From the NCBI GenBank assembly GCA_030141605.1, contig JAQGDQ010000729.1:1-64000 (forward strand): a DNA stretch of 64,000 nt, read 5' to 3'. Source of the DNA: Tubiluchus corallicola. Its lineage: Eukaryota > Animalia > Priapulida. The notes beneath the pieces were generated by a model that saw only the letters and a list, made by a program, of their open reading frames with translations, made no database searches and had not been told where the DNA came from. This document shows positions 1 to 25,062 of the stretch, one piece after another; position 1 is the stretch's first letter; each line of letters opens with the position of its first letter. The position numbers were made by a program, and so were the translations under genes.

Positions 1-76
1 TCCCATCTATGTACCCGTCTATAATCTGTTTTATTTAGAACGATAGACCATCTTCACAACATTGTCTTTTTGACAG

Positions 77-12786
<12,710 letters not shown>

Positions 12787-12980
12787 TGAACTAGTTTTTT
12801 ATGCAGCTTATCGTCTGTAAGCCACTGCTTATTTAACGTAGTTGGGTGTGGCAGAACCGAAATCTAGCTGTCAATGATAACGTTCTCTATAGCGTATAGT
12901 ACTGACTTTACACGAAGGCAACTCAGGTAGAAACCAGCCGCTAACCAATTAACTTCGTTTACCACTAGGCGGCTCTTGCG

Positions 12981-14087
12981 CAGTGGCAGCCAAATTAGTG
13001 GGGGTGGTGCAAAATTAAAAAAATTTTTAGCCATTGTTTTTAATACTTTGTAAAACGAAAAAAAATACACAGAATTCTAATGTTACCATTGTAATTTTAA
13101 ATAAACAAACAAATTTGTACATAAAGTTGATAAAACCCTAAATCAAAAATATTATTTTCTTACGAATAGCCTAAATTGTCGTAGTTGAAGAATATGCCGA
13201 TACAACGGATAAACGGCTTTTAAACACGTGACAACTGACAACACGTACTGCAGTAAGCGACAGTACTCTTTCTACCTAAAGTACAGCGTCTTATCTCAGA
13301 CATGTGCGCATGGCCGCATGCGCACAGCAGCTAAACACACCACTGTGCTGGGCTGTAAAGCAAACAGTACTTCTCTCACGTGCTCCGGTTCCACACAAGT
13401 AAAAAAAGAACTAAAGGAAAAAGACTCATTATATTTTATATTATCGATAATATCGAGTGAAAATAGGGGTGCTGCAGTACCACAGTCAATAGTCAATAGT
13501 CATTTATTTCACCATGCACATTTACAGGTTACATATACAATATCAGTGAAAGGGCCTACAATGGATATAATACAAATAAGAAATACTGCACAGGAAAAGC
13601 CTCAAGCACTATTTACTTATACACGAAGGTAAATGTGTTGCGGGCAATCAAAAAGCAGGGCTTGTTAGATTGTCCCACACAGTGATAGAGAAAAAAAAAG
13701 TAATGGAGATAATCTGAAAATTTAAAGTGAATCGTGATAAAAAAAACGTTTAGTGCTTAAAATGGAATGATGTAATGAATGAAGCTCATATATGAGATGA
13801 TATAAAAGATAGAAAGACTATTATTTTTTAATAGTATGTAAAATTAAAATAACTTGATTAAGTTAACACCACTGTTTTGCAACTACTGTGAGGATGGATA
13901 CAGATAGAAATTTTGATTACTCACTGATACTTACTTAAAATTTGATTTTTTAGCATTATTTTAAATCTAGTAATAGATCTGCTATTTTTTGCGGATTGAC
14001 AAATCTCATTCCAGACTTTTGGTCCTTGATATATTATAAAATGTTTAGCTATGTTGGTTCTACAGTACCTACACACGAGCTTCCACT
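12981..14087 (-). mobile_element. hAT-like MITE family D (split by the LINE); other copies at about 14805-15360 and 63919-64000
   Basis: End CAGTG(A/G)CGGCTCG(C/T)G(C/T)ATAGGTACTGTGGARCTGCAG..CCCTATTTTCACTC(G/C)ATATTATCGATAATAT shared by three loci. Confidence 0.7.
13487..14066 (-). mobile_element. 5'-truncated LINE (L2/CR1-group) 3' end
   Basis: Minus-strand peptide YCRTNIAKHFIIYQGPKVWNEICQSAKNSRSITRFKIMLKNQIL is a typical ORF2 C-terminus. A 3' UTR follows, ending AATAAATG(ACTATTG)2. The fragment interrupts a TIR element with ACAGT on both sides. Confidence 0.8.
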
Positions 14088-15593
14088 TCTCTTGTGGCAG
14101 CTGAGAACACCTCTGACGTGTTGCATCATGTACCGGGGGTGAGAGAGATGTTGCAGCTTTTTAAGTAACGAGCACGAATCTATCCTCTTGAATATTCTGG
14201 TTGCCTAACGCAGCGTGAAGCTAATTTGTTTGACACCAGGCACAGTGGGGCTAACCTGTTCGGAAGTTGATTAGCCCGATACATATTTTCGCAAGATGGC
14301 GAACAATAGGGATAACATACAGATTCATCCTGCATGGCCTTCATGTAAATTCCATATAAGCACAATATGGCAGAAATATTTCAGCCATATTTGACTGCAT
14401 TTATATCCTAGTCAATGAGTTAAACACTCCCAGAAGTGTTGCAGATGAAGCCACTTTGTATGCCAATCCATTTACTAGGTAGAAGTGGTGTTGCTTAACT
14501 TGTGCAACTAATCAAAAATAACTGGATAACACTCAATACATGCAATTCAAACATCGGCAAACATTTGCAGCTAAGCGTTCTCACAACATTCTCTAATTGT
14601 TATTTCAAGATCACGAAGGGCGTTTAAAGGTCTTCAGTCTCGTGTAATTTCAGCCTACTTATAAAAAATTACTGGATATCAGATCTGTCAAGTCTCAAAC
14701 TTTCAGTCAAGGGAGCCTTAGCTATCAATTCAGTCGCAAGTCGGACATCTTGCCTTGAATGTCTCACGGCTCGTGAGTGGTTTGACAAAGGATTTTACCT
14801 TGTTCAGTGACGGCTCGCGTATAGGTACTGTGGAACTGCAGCATACCCTATTTTCACTCGATATTATCGATAATATTAAAAATAATAAGTATTTTTTCTT
14901 TAGTTCTTTCTTTATACTTTGTACGGAACCAGAGCACTTGAGAGTAGTACTGTTTGCTTCACAGCCCAGCACGGCGCGCTCCAGCAATGCGGTGTGTGGC
15001 TGTTGTGCGCATGCGTAAATTTGCTGGGAATGAAACAAATGTTCACAAACCTTAATGAAAACGTACGCATAATAAATTCTCAAGTATTTAATTGTTATTA
15101 AGCTTATTAAATGTTGATCATAATATTTGGTGTATGCAGGTAAAATCATTGTTTTTCTACAGTGTGTGATGAATGTACAGTTGCAATTCATTAATGTTTT
15201 GTTGATGTTGTACATGCTAATTTAATTCTTAAAATAAACTTGTGTTTTTATGTGACTGGAAAGGCTAGTTTGAAGTGAATTGCTAAAATTTTAATGTTGT
15301 TATTCTCATGTAAATAAAATTGATAAAACGTTAAAAATAATTAAAATTTATATCGCTAATTATAATTTATGATTAGCTAATCGTGTAATTATTGCACTTG
15401 TTAATTGAAATGTTCAGCTAGTTTACCCAGCTCGAAGTTTTGCAGGCAGAAACTGCAACAAATAAGCAATGTACTATGCAGAAATACTGCCATTTGGTAC
15501 AAATGCTGCACAGTGGCGTCATCTGTATGTAGAAAAGCTAAACTAAAGTCTAAAATGTAGCTTACTTGGTATTAACTATACATCAACTAGGTA

Positions 15594-16310
15594 CAGCAAG
15601 TCCTCGTTTAACGACGCTAAATGTGTTCCAGCAAAACGCATTATTAAACGAAACGTCATTAAATAGAACCACAACTTCCATAAAAACTAACGTGAAAAGT
15701 AAACTAATGTTCAGAGGCAAGCGTCAGTCCTGCTCAATTCATATAATTAAAGATTTTATGTGTTCATATTTCAAATGATTAATTTCTGTTTGCTTGAAAC
15801 TACCTATTTTTCTTACTGCTACTTAGGTACTGGCCTCTCTTTCCTTAACCTTGAAGCTAACCGCAGTTAAACACTGCATTAAGACAATTTTTGTCTGGAT
15901 ACTTGTTGCGATAGCAACAGGTTGTAGACAAAATTCCTTTGCACAAAGATTTAGCTGCACGCAGGTGCTTAATATAGAGTATATAGATGAGTATAAATTG
16001 CAAATAGATCTCACTTGATACAATCAGGCTACAGTAGCATTAAAGTTTAGCAGTCATTCCGGAAGCAAAAACATAAATAATAGTACTCTTTTGCATTACT
16101 ATAGTGAACTTTTAGAACAGAATAATGCAAAACATACTGTTGTAATGTTTCAAATTAGATAAAAAAGTTAAAACAAAAATAGCCTTGACCAAAGTAAAAA
16201 AATGTCGTTTAAACGAAACATACGTCATTAAACGAAAAAAAGTGTCAAATAGACAGCGTCGTTAAAACGAAAGATCACTAAAATGGGGAGTCGTTAAGCC
16301 GTCTTTGTAC
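15594..16310. mobile_element. Tigger-like MITE family I (related pieces at 19610-19709, 20230-20340, about 42120-42810)
   Basis: TA|CAGCAAGTCCTCGTTTAACGACG end. The 100-bp copy at 19610-19709 has CAGTAAGTC...GACTTACTG TIRs. Confidence 0.65.
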
Positions 16311-16699
16311 AAGGAGTTTACATAGAACACAAGTGGAACTGGTTACGTACAATTGAATTTGCATAAATTTTCATTACTTCATTTCTGCCTTGTCTTCATA
16401 AACACACAGAAGTCACAAGAACAAGTAACAATAATAATCTTGACGTGATATGTCAAAAGCTGGAGTTTGTTCGAGGATAAATGATGTCTGCCATTTAGTG
16501 CACGTTTACACATGACCATCGTTACGGCTGAAAAATCCACTTGTTAGCGCAAAATAAGCTAGAATGAAAAGATTCTTTAAAAATGGGACAAAAAGCAAAA
16601 TTAGAAGTACTAAAGCTTGCACAATGTGACAATTGTTTTTGTCATAAGAAATTGTTTCTGTCATATAATAGTTAAACAAGCTTAAGATAGAGTTAGCAT

Positions 16700-19600
16700 T
16701 TAGCCAACAAAATGTTTTCTAGCAAATTGTACAGCCGCATTCATGCCTCTTTCAACTTCGTCTATTCTTCTTGTTTCAAAACAGTAAAGCATAGTTTCAT
16801 CCACGGTCTGTCCAGTGTCCGTGCTTGTCCAAGCCTGCGTCCTAATCGCCAGGCCTTCGGCCATTGACTCCAGCCACTTTCTAGCGCCAACTTCTGAGTT
16901 CACAAAATGCTCAGGCACGGCACACGCACCAAAAACCACCTTACCAATTTCGTTATAACCGTAAGCGAGTAGAGGCTTTTCTCTCCACGTGTTTGTAAGA
17001 TCATTCAATACAACTTTGTTCATATTACAAGACAGTTTATGTATTACATACGGGTCTACAGTACTTTCTATCACAGCCGCCATTTCTTCTATTGCGAACG
17101 CTAATATTTCGTTCCAGTACTGGCGTTCTATTGACTTTAATCCGCGCTTAAGGTCACCAGCTTTTTGTAACAGAAAAGGAATCTTACATGCCGGCAGAAG
17201 TAACCGATTTATTTCTCTGTTAATGGTTTGTAATGTGTTTGCACAGTTAACAAAATTACTAGTATTCATAATGGCTGCACAATTGTCTATATCTGCTTCT
17301 AGCTTGTGTAAGTTCTGCAATGTTTCCTTGGCATGTTTGCCAGTAACTGCTATAATTCGTTTAACGCCCTTAGCTTCGGTGCGCATGCGGACGATAGTGA
17401 CCCGACCCAAATGAGATGTGTTTGACACGTGCGTTCCACAGCACAATTCAGCAGAGCAATCAGATTCGGCATCAATTTCACTTGGGGTCTCACCAATAGA
17501 CACAACAGTCACATCTGTGGGGTAATTCTGTCTAGGTAAAGTCACAAGATTTGGTATCTGCAATGCTGCTGACAGATTTACTTGATTGCGATAAACTGGA
17601 AGACCGTCCGAAATCAGCCGATTAACTAATAAGTCTGTCTGTTCTACATGTTCGACGGAGAGATTATTCTCAGAGACGACGTCCAAGCGAATTTTATCTT
17701 CGGAAATCTGTGAACCTTCCTGCGTAATCCTGCCACCTAGCACCCTTTTCAGGCCATACAGCAGTAGATGTGCAGCCGTGTGATTTTTCATGTGATTCAG
17801 TCTAACGGCCTCGTTAATGCTCAGCGACGCCTTATCATGAACACAAGTTTCACCTGAAAGAACTGTTCCTTTGTGAAACACGTAACCGCCATCAATTTCT
17901 ACGGCATCGACGCTGAACGAAAACGAATCCGATTTTATCACACCGATATCGTTCGCCTGTCCGCCAGATTCTGAATAAAAATTTGTACGATCACAAATGA
18001 GAGCGCATTCACTTCCTGTTCTCACAGAATCTACTAAACAATCGTCCGCCACGATCGCCATTATTTCACTGGTGATTGTTGGAAAGTTATATGTGCCACA
18101 ATCACAAGTATAATCATATTTATGGTCGTCGATGGTGCTTGGAATATTCATATTCCTCATTTGATTAATAAGCCTTTCTCGTGTACTAGGGACATTTTCT
18201 GACCGCTCTAAGAGGTTCTCAAACTCATTCATGTTAACACTCAAACCGTGACACCGAGCAAAGTACATGATCATCTCTTTTGAAAGCCCAAAATCGTGGT
18301 TCAGCTCAAAGGCGTGGTGCCCAGAGAGCTCAAAGCTGCTTCTAGCATTGAGTTTACTTGCAATTTTTGCAAATTGCTTCTGACCTTTATCAAACACGTC
18401 AGAAAACTTACTCTCTTCCTCGTTTATCACGTCTTTTATCAGATCCGATTGAGCAGTAATTTCCGGGAAAGCGTCTCCTAGACTCTGCTCAACTACCGGA
18501 AAAAGGCTAGCCAAGAACCCCCGATTACCTCCGAAATACAGCATAGATATCATGAATGCACGACGCATGATTTTGCGAAGCATTCCGGGAGCACCACCGC
18601 CATGATAGGGGCGAACGCCATCGCTTATTGCCACGACAGCCATCCGCGCATGATCCGCCAGTGTTCTATAAGCAGTATCAATCCCAGTAGTATCGGCATT
18701 ACCAAACCGTCCCATGTAAGGAGGGCATTTTGAGCCTTCCTGAATGGCAGAGAAGAGAGGCGTAAACAAATCAGAGTCATAATTTGACGATTTACCTAAC
18801 AAGATGGCGGCTAGTCTCTCTAGCCCCATTCCCGTGTCAACATGCTGCCGAGGCAGACGTTTCAGACTGCCCTCACACTGCCTTTCATGAGTCATAAAAA
18901 CCAAATTCCAAAGTTCAATCACGTTCGGATCATCTTTGTTAATTCTGTTTATTACATTTTCATTGGTGTGATTGTAATGAATCTCAGTGCACGGACCACA
19001 CGGTCCTACATTTCCCATCTCCCAAAAGTTATCCGCCACTCCAAATGGGAGAATCCGGTCTTTTGGCACGCCTAATTCTAACCAGATGTGCTTGCATTCC
19101 ACGTCTTCTTCCAGTTGCTGTTTAGCGTCTCCGGCAAAGTAAGTGATGTACAGTCTGTCACGCGGAATACCGTATACATTTGTCAACAGGTTCCAAGCCA
19201 TGGCACATGCCTCTTTCTTGAAGTAATCACCGAAGGACCAGTTGCCTAGCATTTCAAAAAAGGTGTGATGGTATGTGTCATGGCCGACATGATCCAGATC
19301 ATTGTGCTTACCTAGTGGTAAAGAAAACATTTTAAATATTGCATAAAAACTTGACTTGTTAACACACTTACTTGCAGTTTTTTAAAGTTAAAATCAAACT
19401 AAAAGTTAAAACGCATGACATTTTGACCTCACTCTGATGTTTTTCACTGCTCTAATAATGTTCAACCTGCACAAATGTACTTAGACGAAATTATATCAAA
19501 TTTATTGCAAGCTCGATAGATCAGAGCTGCAACCAGAAATATTATGAAAGTTAGATCAACAGTTCTGTTTTGTAATGCTCTCCTACTTGACAAAGCCATC

Positions 19601-20819
19601 TTATAAACTACAGTAAGTCATTGCTCAACTACTCCCCATTTAGCGAAGCTTCGTTTTAACAACGCACTTTGTTGGAACCCATTAGCGTCATTAAGTGAGG
19701 ACTTACTGTGTTCAGTTTAACCAGTTTAGACGTTTGTTTCGACGAGTATCAGATCTGATATTAGTGACTAAATCTACATGTTCCACGATCCACCAGTTAT
19801 TCTCGTTAGTGATGGATGACTCGGAAGTTTTGTAATTCAATTATAATCTTGTTCTTGTAATTTGTTGTAATTCTCTAATTGTAGTTGTTATTACGGTAAG
19901 CTGCTAGCTGAATTGATGAAAAGAACAAATGATAAAAACAGCAACCGCTATGACGTCATACTGATAATGACGTTTATGACTATAAAAAGATAGTGACGGC
20001 ATTCTTTAAGAAAGAAAACAAAATTTATACTGAATTTTCATCAATTTCCTTTTCTTCTTTTTTCTTGCAATTTTTTCCATTCTTCCTTCTTCCTTTCTGT
20101 CTTTTTCCTCTCTTTCACTGCCTTTCTTTTTCTCTTCCCTTTTCTTACACTTTCTGTCCATCTCTGTCTCTCTCTCCCCCTCTCTCTTTAACTTACTGAA
20201 TTTAAGATAAAATAGCTTTCACCAAATTAAAAAAAATGTTGTTTAACCAAAAAATGCGTCGTTAAATGAAAAAAGGTGTCAAATGGTCAGCATTGTTAAA
20301 ACGAAACGTCACTAAATTGGGAGTCGAGTGTCTGTACATGGAATTTACATAGAACACAAGTGGAACTGGTGATGTACAATTGAACTTGCATAAATTTTTA
20401 TCACTTTTATTTCTGTCCTGTCTTTCGTAAACACACAGAAGTCACAGAACAAGCAGTGTTCAACTACTCTCACCTCCAGTTCTGATGCATTTCTGGCTGT
20501 TACACACACGCTTATAGTTAAAGTGACCATCCATCTCAGTCGTTCCTTGGAAGATGCTCTTAAACTGGTTCATGCCTGCATTGACGAAAGTGAGACTAGG
20601 ATCATCATGGGGTACTACGGAAGCTGATGGGACGAAGACATGTTTGCACTCGCTGACGAAGTAATCGATAAACGTGCGACGTACGCTTTGTGAGGTCCAC
20701 TGATTTGACTGACACCGGATTAAGCGATTGGCATAAACTGTACGCTTTGATACCAGTATGAGAAGAAGCTTCCATAGATTGCGTTTTGTGCATGTAGATG
20801 TCAGCACCGGTGCCATCAT
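16700..20819 (-). CDS. AARS2: Alanine--tRNA ligase, mitochondrial (about 985 aa; coding exons 20819-20474 and 19311-16700)
   Basis: Spliced join CIRTG|GKHNDL (donor GGAG|GTGAGA, acceptor CACTAG|GT). AlaRS motifs [45 protein letters not shown]; editing motifs HTAAH and ELCCGTH. The basic, acid-free N-terminal extension resembles a mitochondrial transit peptide, and the C-Ala region is degenerate. Confidence 0.92.
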
Positions 20820-20957
20820 TTCTTTCACAGTGCTTGATTGCTAGCACCAAGCTGCTCAGTGCTAATGAAAACCAAAATGAAATAAATTGAAGACATAATC
20901 AGCTAAAATGAATCAGTAAACGAAGAATTAAGTTAACTAAGAACCATTAGATATAAA

Positions 20958-21750
20958 CAGTGTGGGAGTAACACATTACAAATGTAGTCAGTTCCAAAAT
21001 TGTAGAACTGGAACTGAAATAATTTTTTAGAAATAACTGTAAAGGTTTCTTTTTTGTTGTAAGTTCTAATGGAAACATTTGTTTAGAAACAAACCAAAAA
21101 GTATATTACTTACACATCGTATCAACAGGGGCGTATCAAGACTTTACGATGCCCTAGCCTAACAGTTATGTCATCTCTATTGTGCACCTATGGTTGCTTA
21201 TGTAATGAGCAGATTAAGTAATTGCTTGTGGTGTATTAACCTAGTTTCTACGTAGTTATTACTAATTACATGTATTTGCAATGCACTTATATTTAAGCAG
21301 GCTGTGCAACTGCTTGTTGTGCAGTACCTTGCTCCTGTTCGTTATGTGGCACTTATATAAAAGCTGCTCTCAGTAATTGCCTGTGGTGTGCTACAAAATG
21401 GGCCTTTTGCATGAATATGAACGTATACGCATCTTCCGAGGAGATTAAGAATTTTTTCTAAAATGTGACGCCCTCAAACTTTGGCGCTCTAGGCTATAGC
21501 CAAGTTAGCCTATTAGTTAATGCGCCCCTGCGTATAAATATTGTATTCTACCCATCATACTTCGCTTTCAGTACGGTACAGTCAGCTGTTATACAGAAGT
21601 TTCTGCCATGCAAGTTAGCAGCACGTCTTCATTCTAGCGTGAAGCTTGCTGGTCTCATGCCCACAGCAGATATGATAACTTCATGTAACAGCTATTTTTA
21701 ATGAACTACAACTAGTTACTTTTCTAATGGTGGAGAAGGAACTGTGAGGC
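20958..21750 (+). mobile_element. Partial copy of the CAGTGTTGGG TIR element containing a CAGGGGCG...CGCCCCTG insert (21126-21530)
   Basis: Begins CAGTGTGGGAGTAACACATTACAAATGTA; homologous to 44033-44066 and 49830-50190. Confidence 0.6.
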
Positions 21751-22230
21751 TGGCTACAAAAAAAATTTCTGTCTTACATCATGAGCTCAAAAGCTATCAG
21801 CACGGAAGGACGAAATTTTTTTTTAAAACTTTGTGAATATTTAAAGCTGAGTCGTGCAATATTTAAAATCAGTTGAAATCAAAGTTGTTTACTTCCCACT
21901 GGTTAGGAGTTATGGTTTCAAATTTAGTTTCAATGCACATTTTTTCATGCTTTATTTTTTAGTTTCGCATTACCAAATCATCATATAATTATCGATTATT
22001 GTATAGTCCCTTTTTTGTATCATGAATGTGGCAACATTACTTGGATGTTAATACACCGATTTGGCAAAACATTTGATACTTATATCCTCCAATACAATGA
22101 GAATTATACAAAATAGCAACCCTGGCCGAAAGTTAGCCGTGAAAAAACATGGCCGCTTCTTGAGTTCCCGAAAGAACGATGTTATAATAATTATTGCGTT
22201 TCACGTTTCAAATTAAGAAAATACTCTTTT

Positions 22231-22797
22231 AGTAACTTTGACTGGTTACTTTTCTGATGTTAGAGAAGGAACAGTAACTTTGACTGGTTACTTTTCTGAT
22301 GTTAGAGACGGAACAGTAACTTTGACTGGCTACTTTTCTGATGTTAGAGACAGAACAGTAACTTTGACTGGTTACTTTTCTGATGTTAGAGAAGGAACAG
22401 TAACTTTGACTGGTTACTTTTCTGATGTTAGAGAAGGAACAGTAACTTTGACTGATTACTTTTCTGATGTTAGAGACGGAACAGTAACTTTGACTGGTTA
22501 CTTTTCTGATGTTAGAGAAGGAACAGTAACTTTGACTGGTTACTTTTCTGATGTTAGAGAAGGAACAGTAACTTTGACTGGTAATTTTTCTGACGTTAGA
22601 GACGGAACAGTAACTTTGACTGGTTACTTTTCTGATGTTAGAGATGGAACAGTAACTTTGACTGGTTACTTTTCTGATGTTAGAGGAGGAACAGTAACTT
22701 TGACTGGTTACTTTTCTGATGTTAGAGACGGAACAGTAACTTTGACTGGTTACTTTTCTGATGTTAGAGACGGAACAGTAACTTTGACTGGCTACTT
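22231..22797. repeat. 42-bp minisatellite, about 13.5 copies
   Basis: Unit AGTAACTTTGACTGGTTACTTTTCTGATGTTAGAGA(A/C)GGAAC. Confidence 0.96.
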
Positions 22798-25062
22798 TAC
22801 TTTACCTTACTTTGACTTTAAATTTAAACTCATTGGAACTTTTTGCCTCATTTTTTTGTTAAGTTGCTGATTATTTTCATTTGTGCATACCTTACTTGAC
22901 AGGTCACATAATTTTCTTCAATTTGGATAGGGTGGTTGACTTGGTGACCCTTGGTCTTTTCGCCACCCCATCTATTTTCCATCATTACTTTAGTTTTTTG
23001 CTTTTGTTTATGTTTATTTTGTAACACTTACAGACAAATAAATTACTTACATTCTGAAAAAGATTTTGGTACTGATAGAGATTAATTCTTTTCATTTTAA
23101 ACTGAAATTCAACCTTCGCTGTTTCAATTATTATAATTCATCATACTTGAACTATGTAATTTAGACCTCGATTCTCCAGAACCTCGTAAACTGACACGGC
23201 AAGAATCTCTTTAGACTCTGGGAAAATATGTGAAAACTTAGCCCTGATTGCTAGTAATAAAAATGTTCTAACAGTGCAGTTACCACGCAATGTAAAATAA
23301 AATGAAAAAGTTAAACATTCAACAGTGCCATTAAAATTAAAGGTGAATACGTACATCATGTAGGCTATACGTGAAGCGGTGGTGACCGGGAATTGCAGGA
23401 AATAAAATCTTGCCACCCACACCGACGATTTGACAAATGAATAAAAGTTTCTAAATAACAGACACTGCCATTGTTTTATGAATGTAGTAGCAGTAGTGGA
23501 TATTACTGTACGGGCAAAATTATATTTTGACTGCAATGCCTATAAATGCGATTCGTTTTTACACATTTTACTGGTCATCTGATTCAGCAATACACGACAT
23601 CAACGCATTTATTGCTGCAATTTTCCGATAGCTAATTGATTCTGCTCTTTATTCGCGACCTGTCACATTTACACAGCGAACTAGGTGTCTATAAAGGCTA
23701 CTTTCAATCCCACAAAGATGTACAAGTTGTTTATAGCTGTATATTGTTTGTGGCTTGTACCAGCGCGATTTATACCAGAGAAATAATAAAAATTACAAAG
23801 TATTTCTTGTTTCCTTTGTCCACTGTCCAGTTTACCACTTTGCTTGAAGTGTCTTCTTGACAATGAACAGCATAGTGGTACACGATGTCACAATAATGAG
23901 GTTTCTTATAGTATAAGCAGAAAGCTTTAAGTGTGATACCCGCCACTGCTGAACATGGCTGTCAAAGCCTTGATTTTAAAAAGATTGAGCAAATTATTAA
24001 TTTCTTTTAAGTTTAAAATAACGTAATTGCTAAATTTTGGCGGAAGAATCTCAAAAATTAGTTAGCTTATTAATAATCAGTTCGTACTCTGACACTGATA
24101 GTAAATGTTGTCAAAGACAGATATGACAGGTTCAATGATGTGTACTAAGGTAATTACTGTCACGAGATATAATTATAATTATGTAATCTATAATTATAGG
24201 CTGTGTTCGTTTTATTAATCTTAGGTCTTTGTCTTTAACAGTGTTATCTATAACAAAGTGTTAACCCTTCGGCTCTGAAGTTCCGCTTCAAGTTTCAAGT
24301 AGTTCTTTTCAGCAACATCTTTGCAGGTTCAGCTCATTTTTTATTTTTTTTAGCTGCTTGAAAGCAAGCCAACAATTATAAAATAAAGTAGCTAACAAAA
24401 TTATTATTAACTTGTGCACTCAATAAGCTTACATGGTTTATCATCATGTAACAAAGTCGGTGGACATTCGTATGTTTATAAGGCTTCCATCAATGTGGTT
24501 TTTAATGATAACAATATATATATCATTTTTATTCATACTCGTGGTACAATCACATCAAATAAACAAACAGATGGATAAGCAATGTATGGACAAACAAAAT
24601 TTATTGCCAACTTGCGCACTCAGTGCACGTAAATACTTTTCCCACTATCTCATGCAACCAGTTAGACATTACGCACGTTCGTAAGGCTTTCATCATTATG
24701 GCTTCTTAGTTTATGATGAGCAAACATCTTACAAATGAGCAAACATCTTCAAAGTTGATTACATTTCTTAAATATATCAGTCAATATCACATATTAATGA
24801 AATCACCTGAAACATCTATTGTTCATCACTTGTCTCAGATTGGTCTAGCCACTATAGAGCCACCTCCGGTATCCCTAGTTCTCATTTTCGGTCGTCCAAC
24901 AAAAGGGAAGCACACACTTGTATCTATTTGTTGATGCTTCAAAAACTGGAAATACATGAAGTGACTTCGTTTTCTATGCGAGTATGTGCCACCGTCTCAG
25001 AAGTAATTACATTGATGTCGTTCTGTGAATGCTCCTTTGATTCAAATTGAATTATAATATTT

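Noticed and set aside
16989-19075. Plus-strand ORFs overlapping AARS2
   Set aside because: Antisense shadows of a long coding exon with no recognisable motifs.
22238-22870. 210-aa repeat protein ORF
   Set aside because: Non-ATG start, coincides exactly with a 42-bp satellite of probable TE origin.
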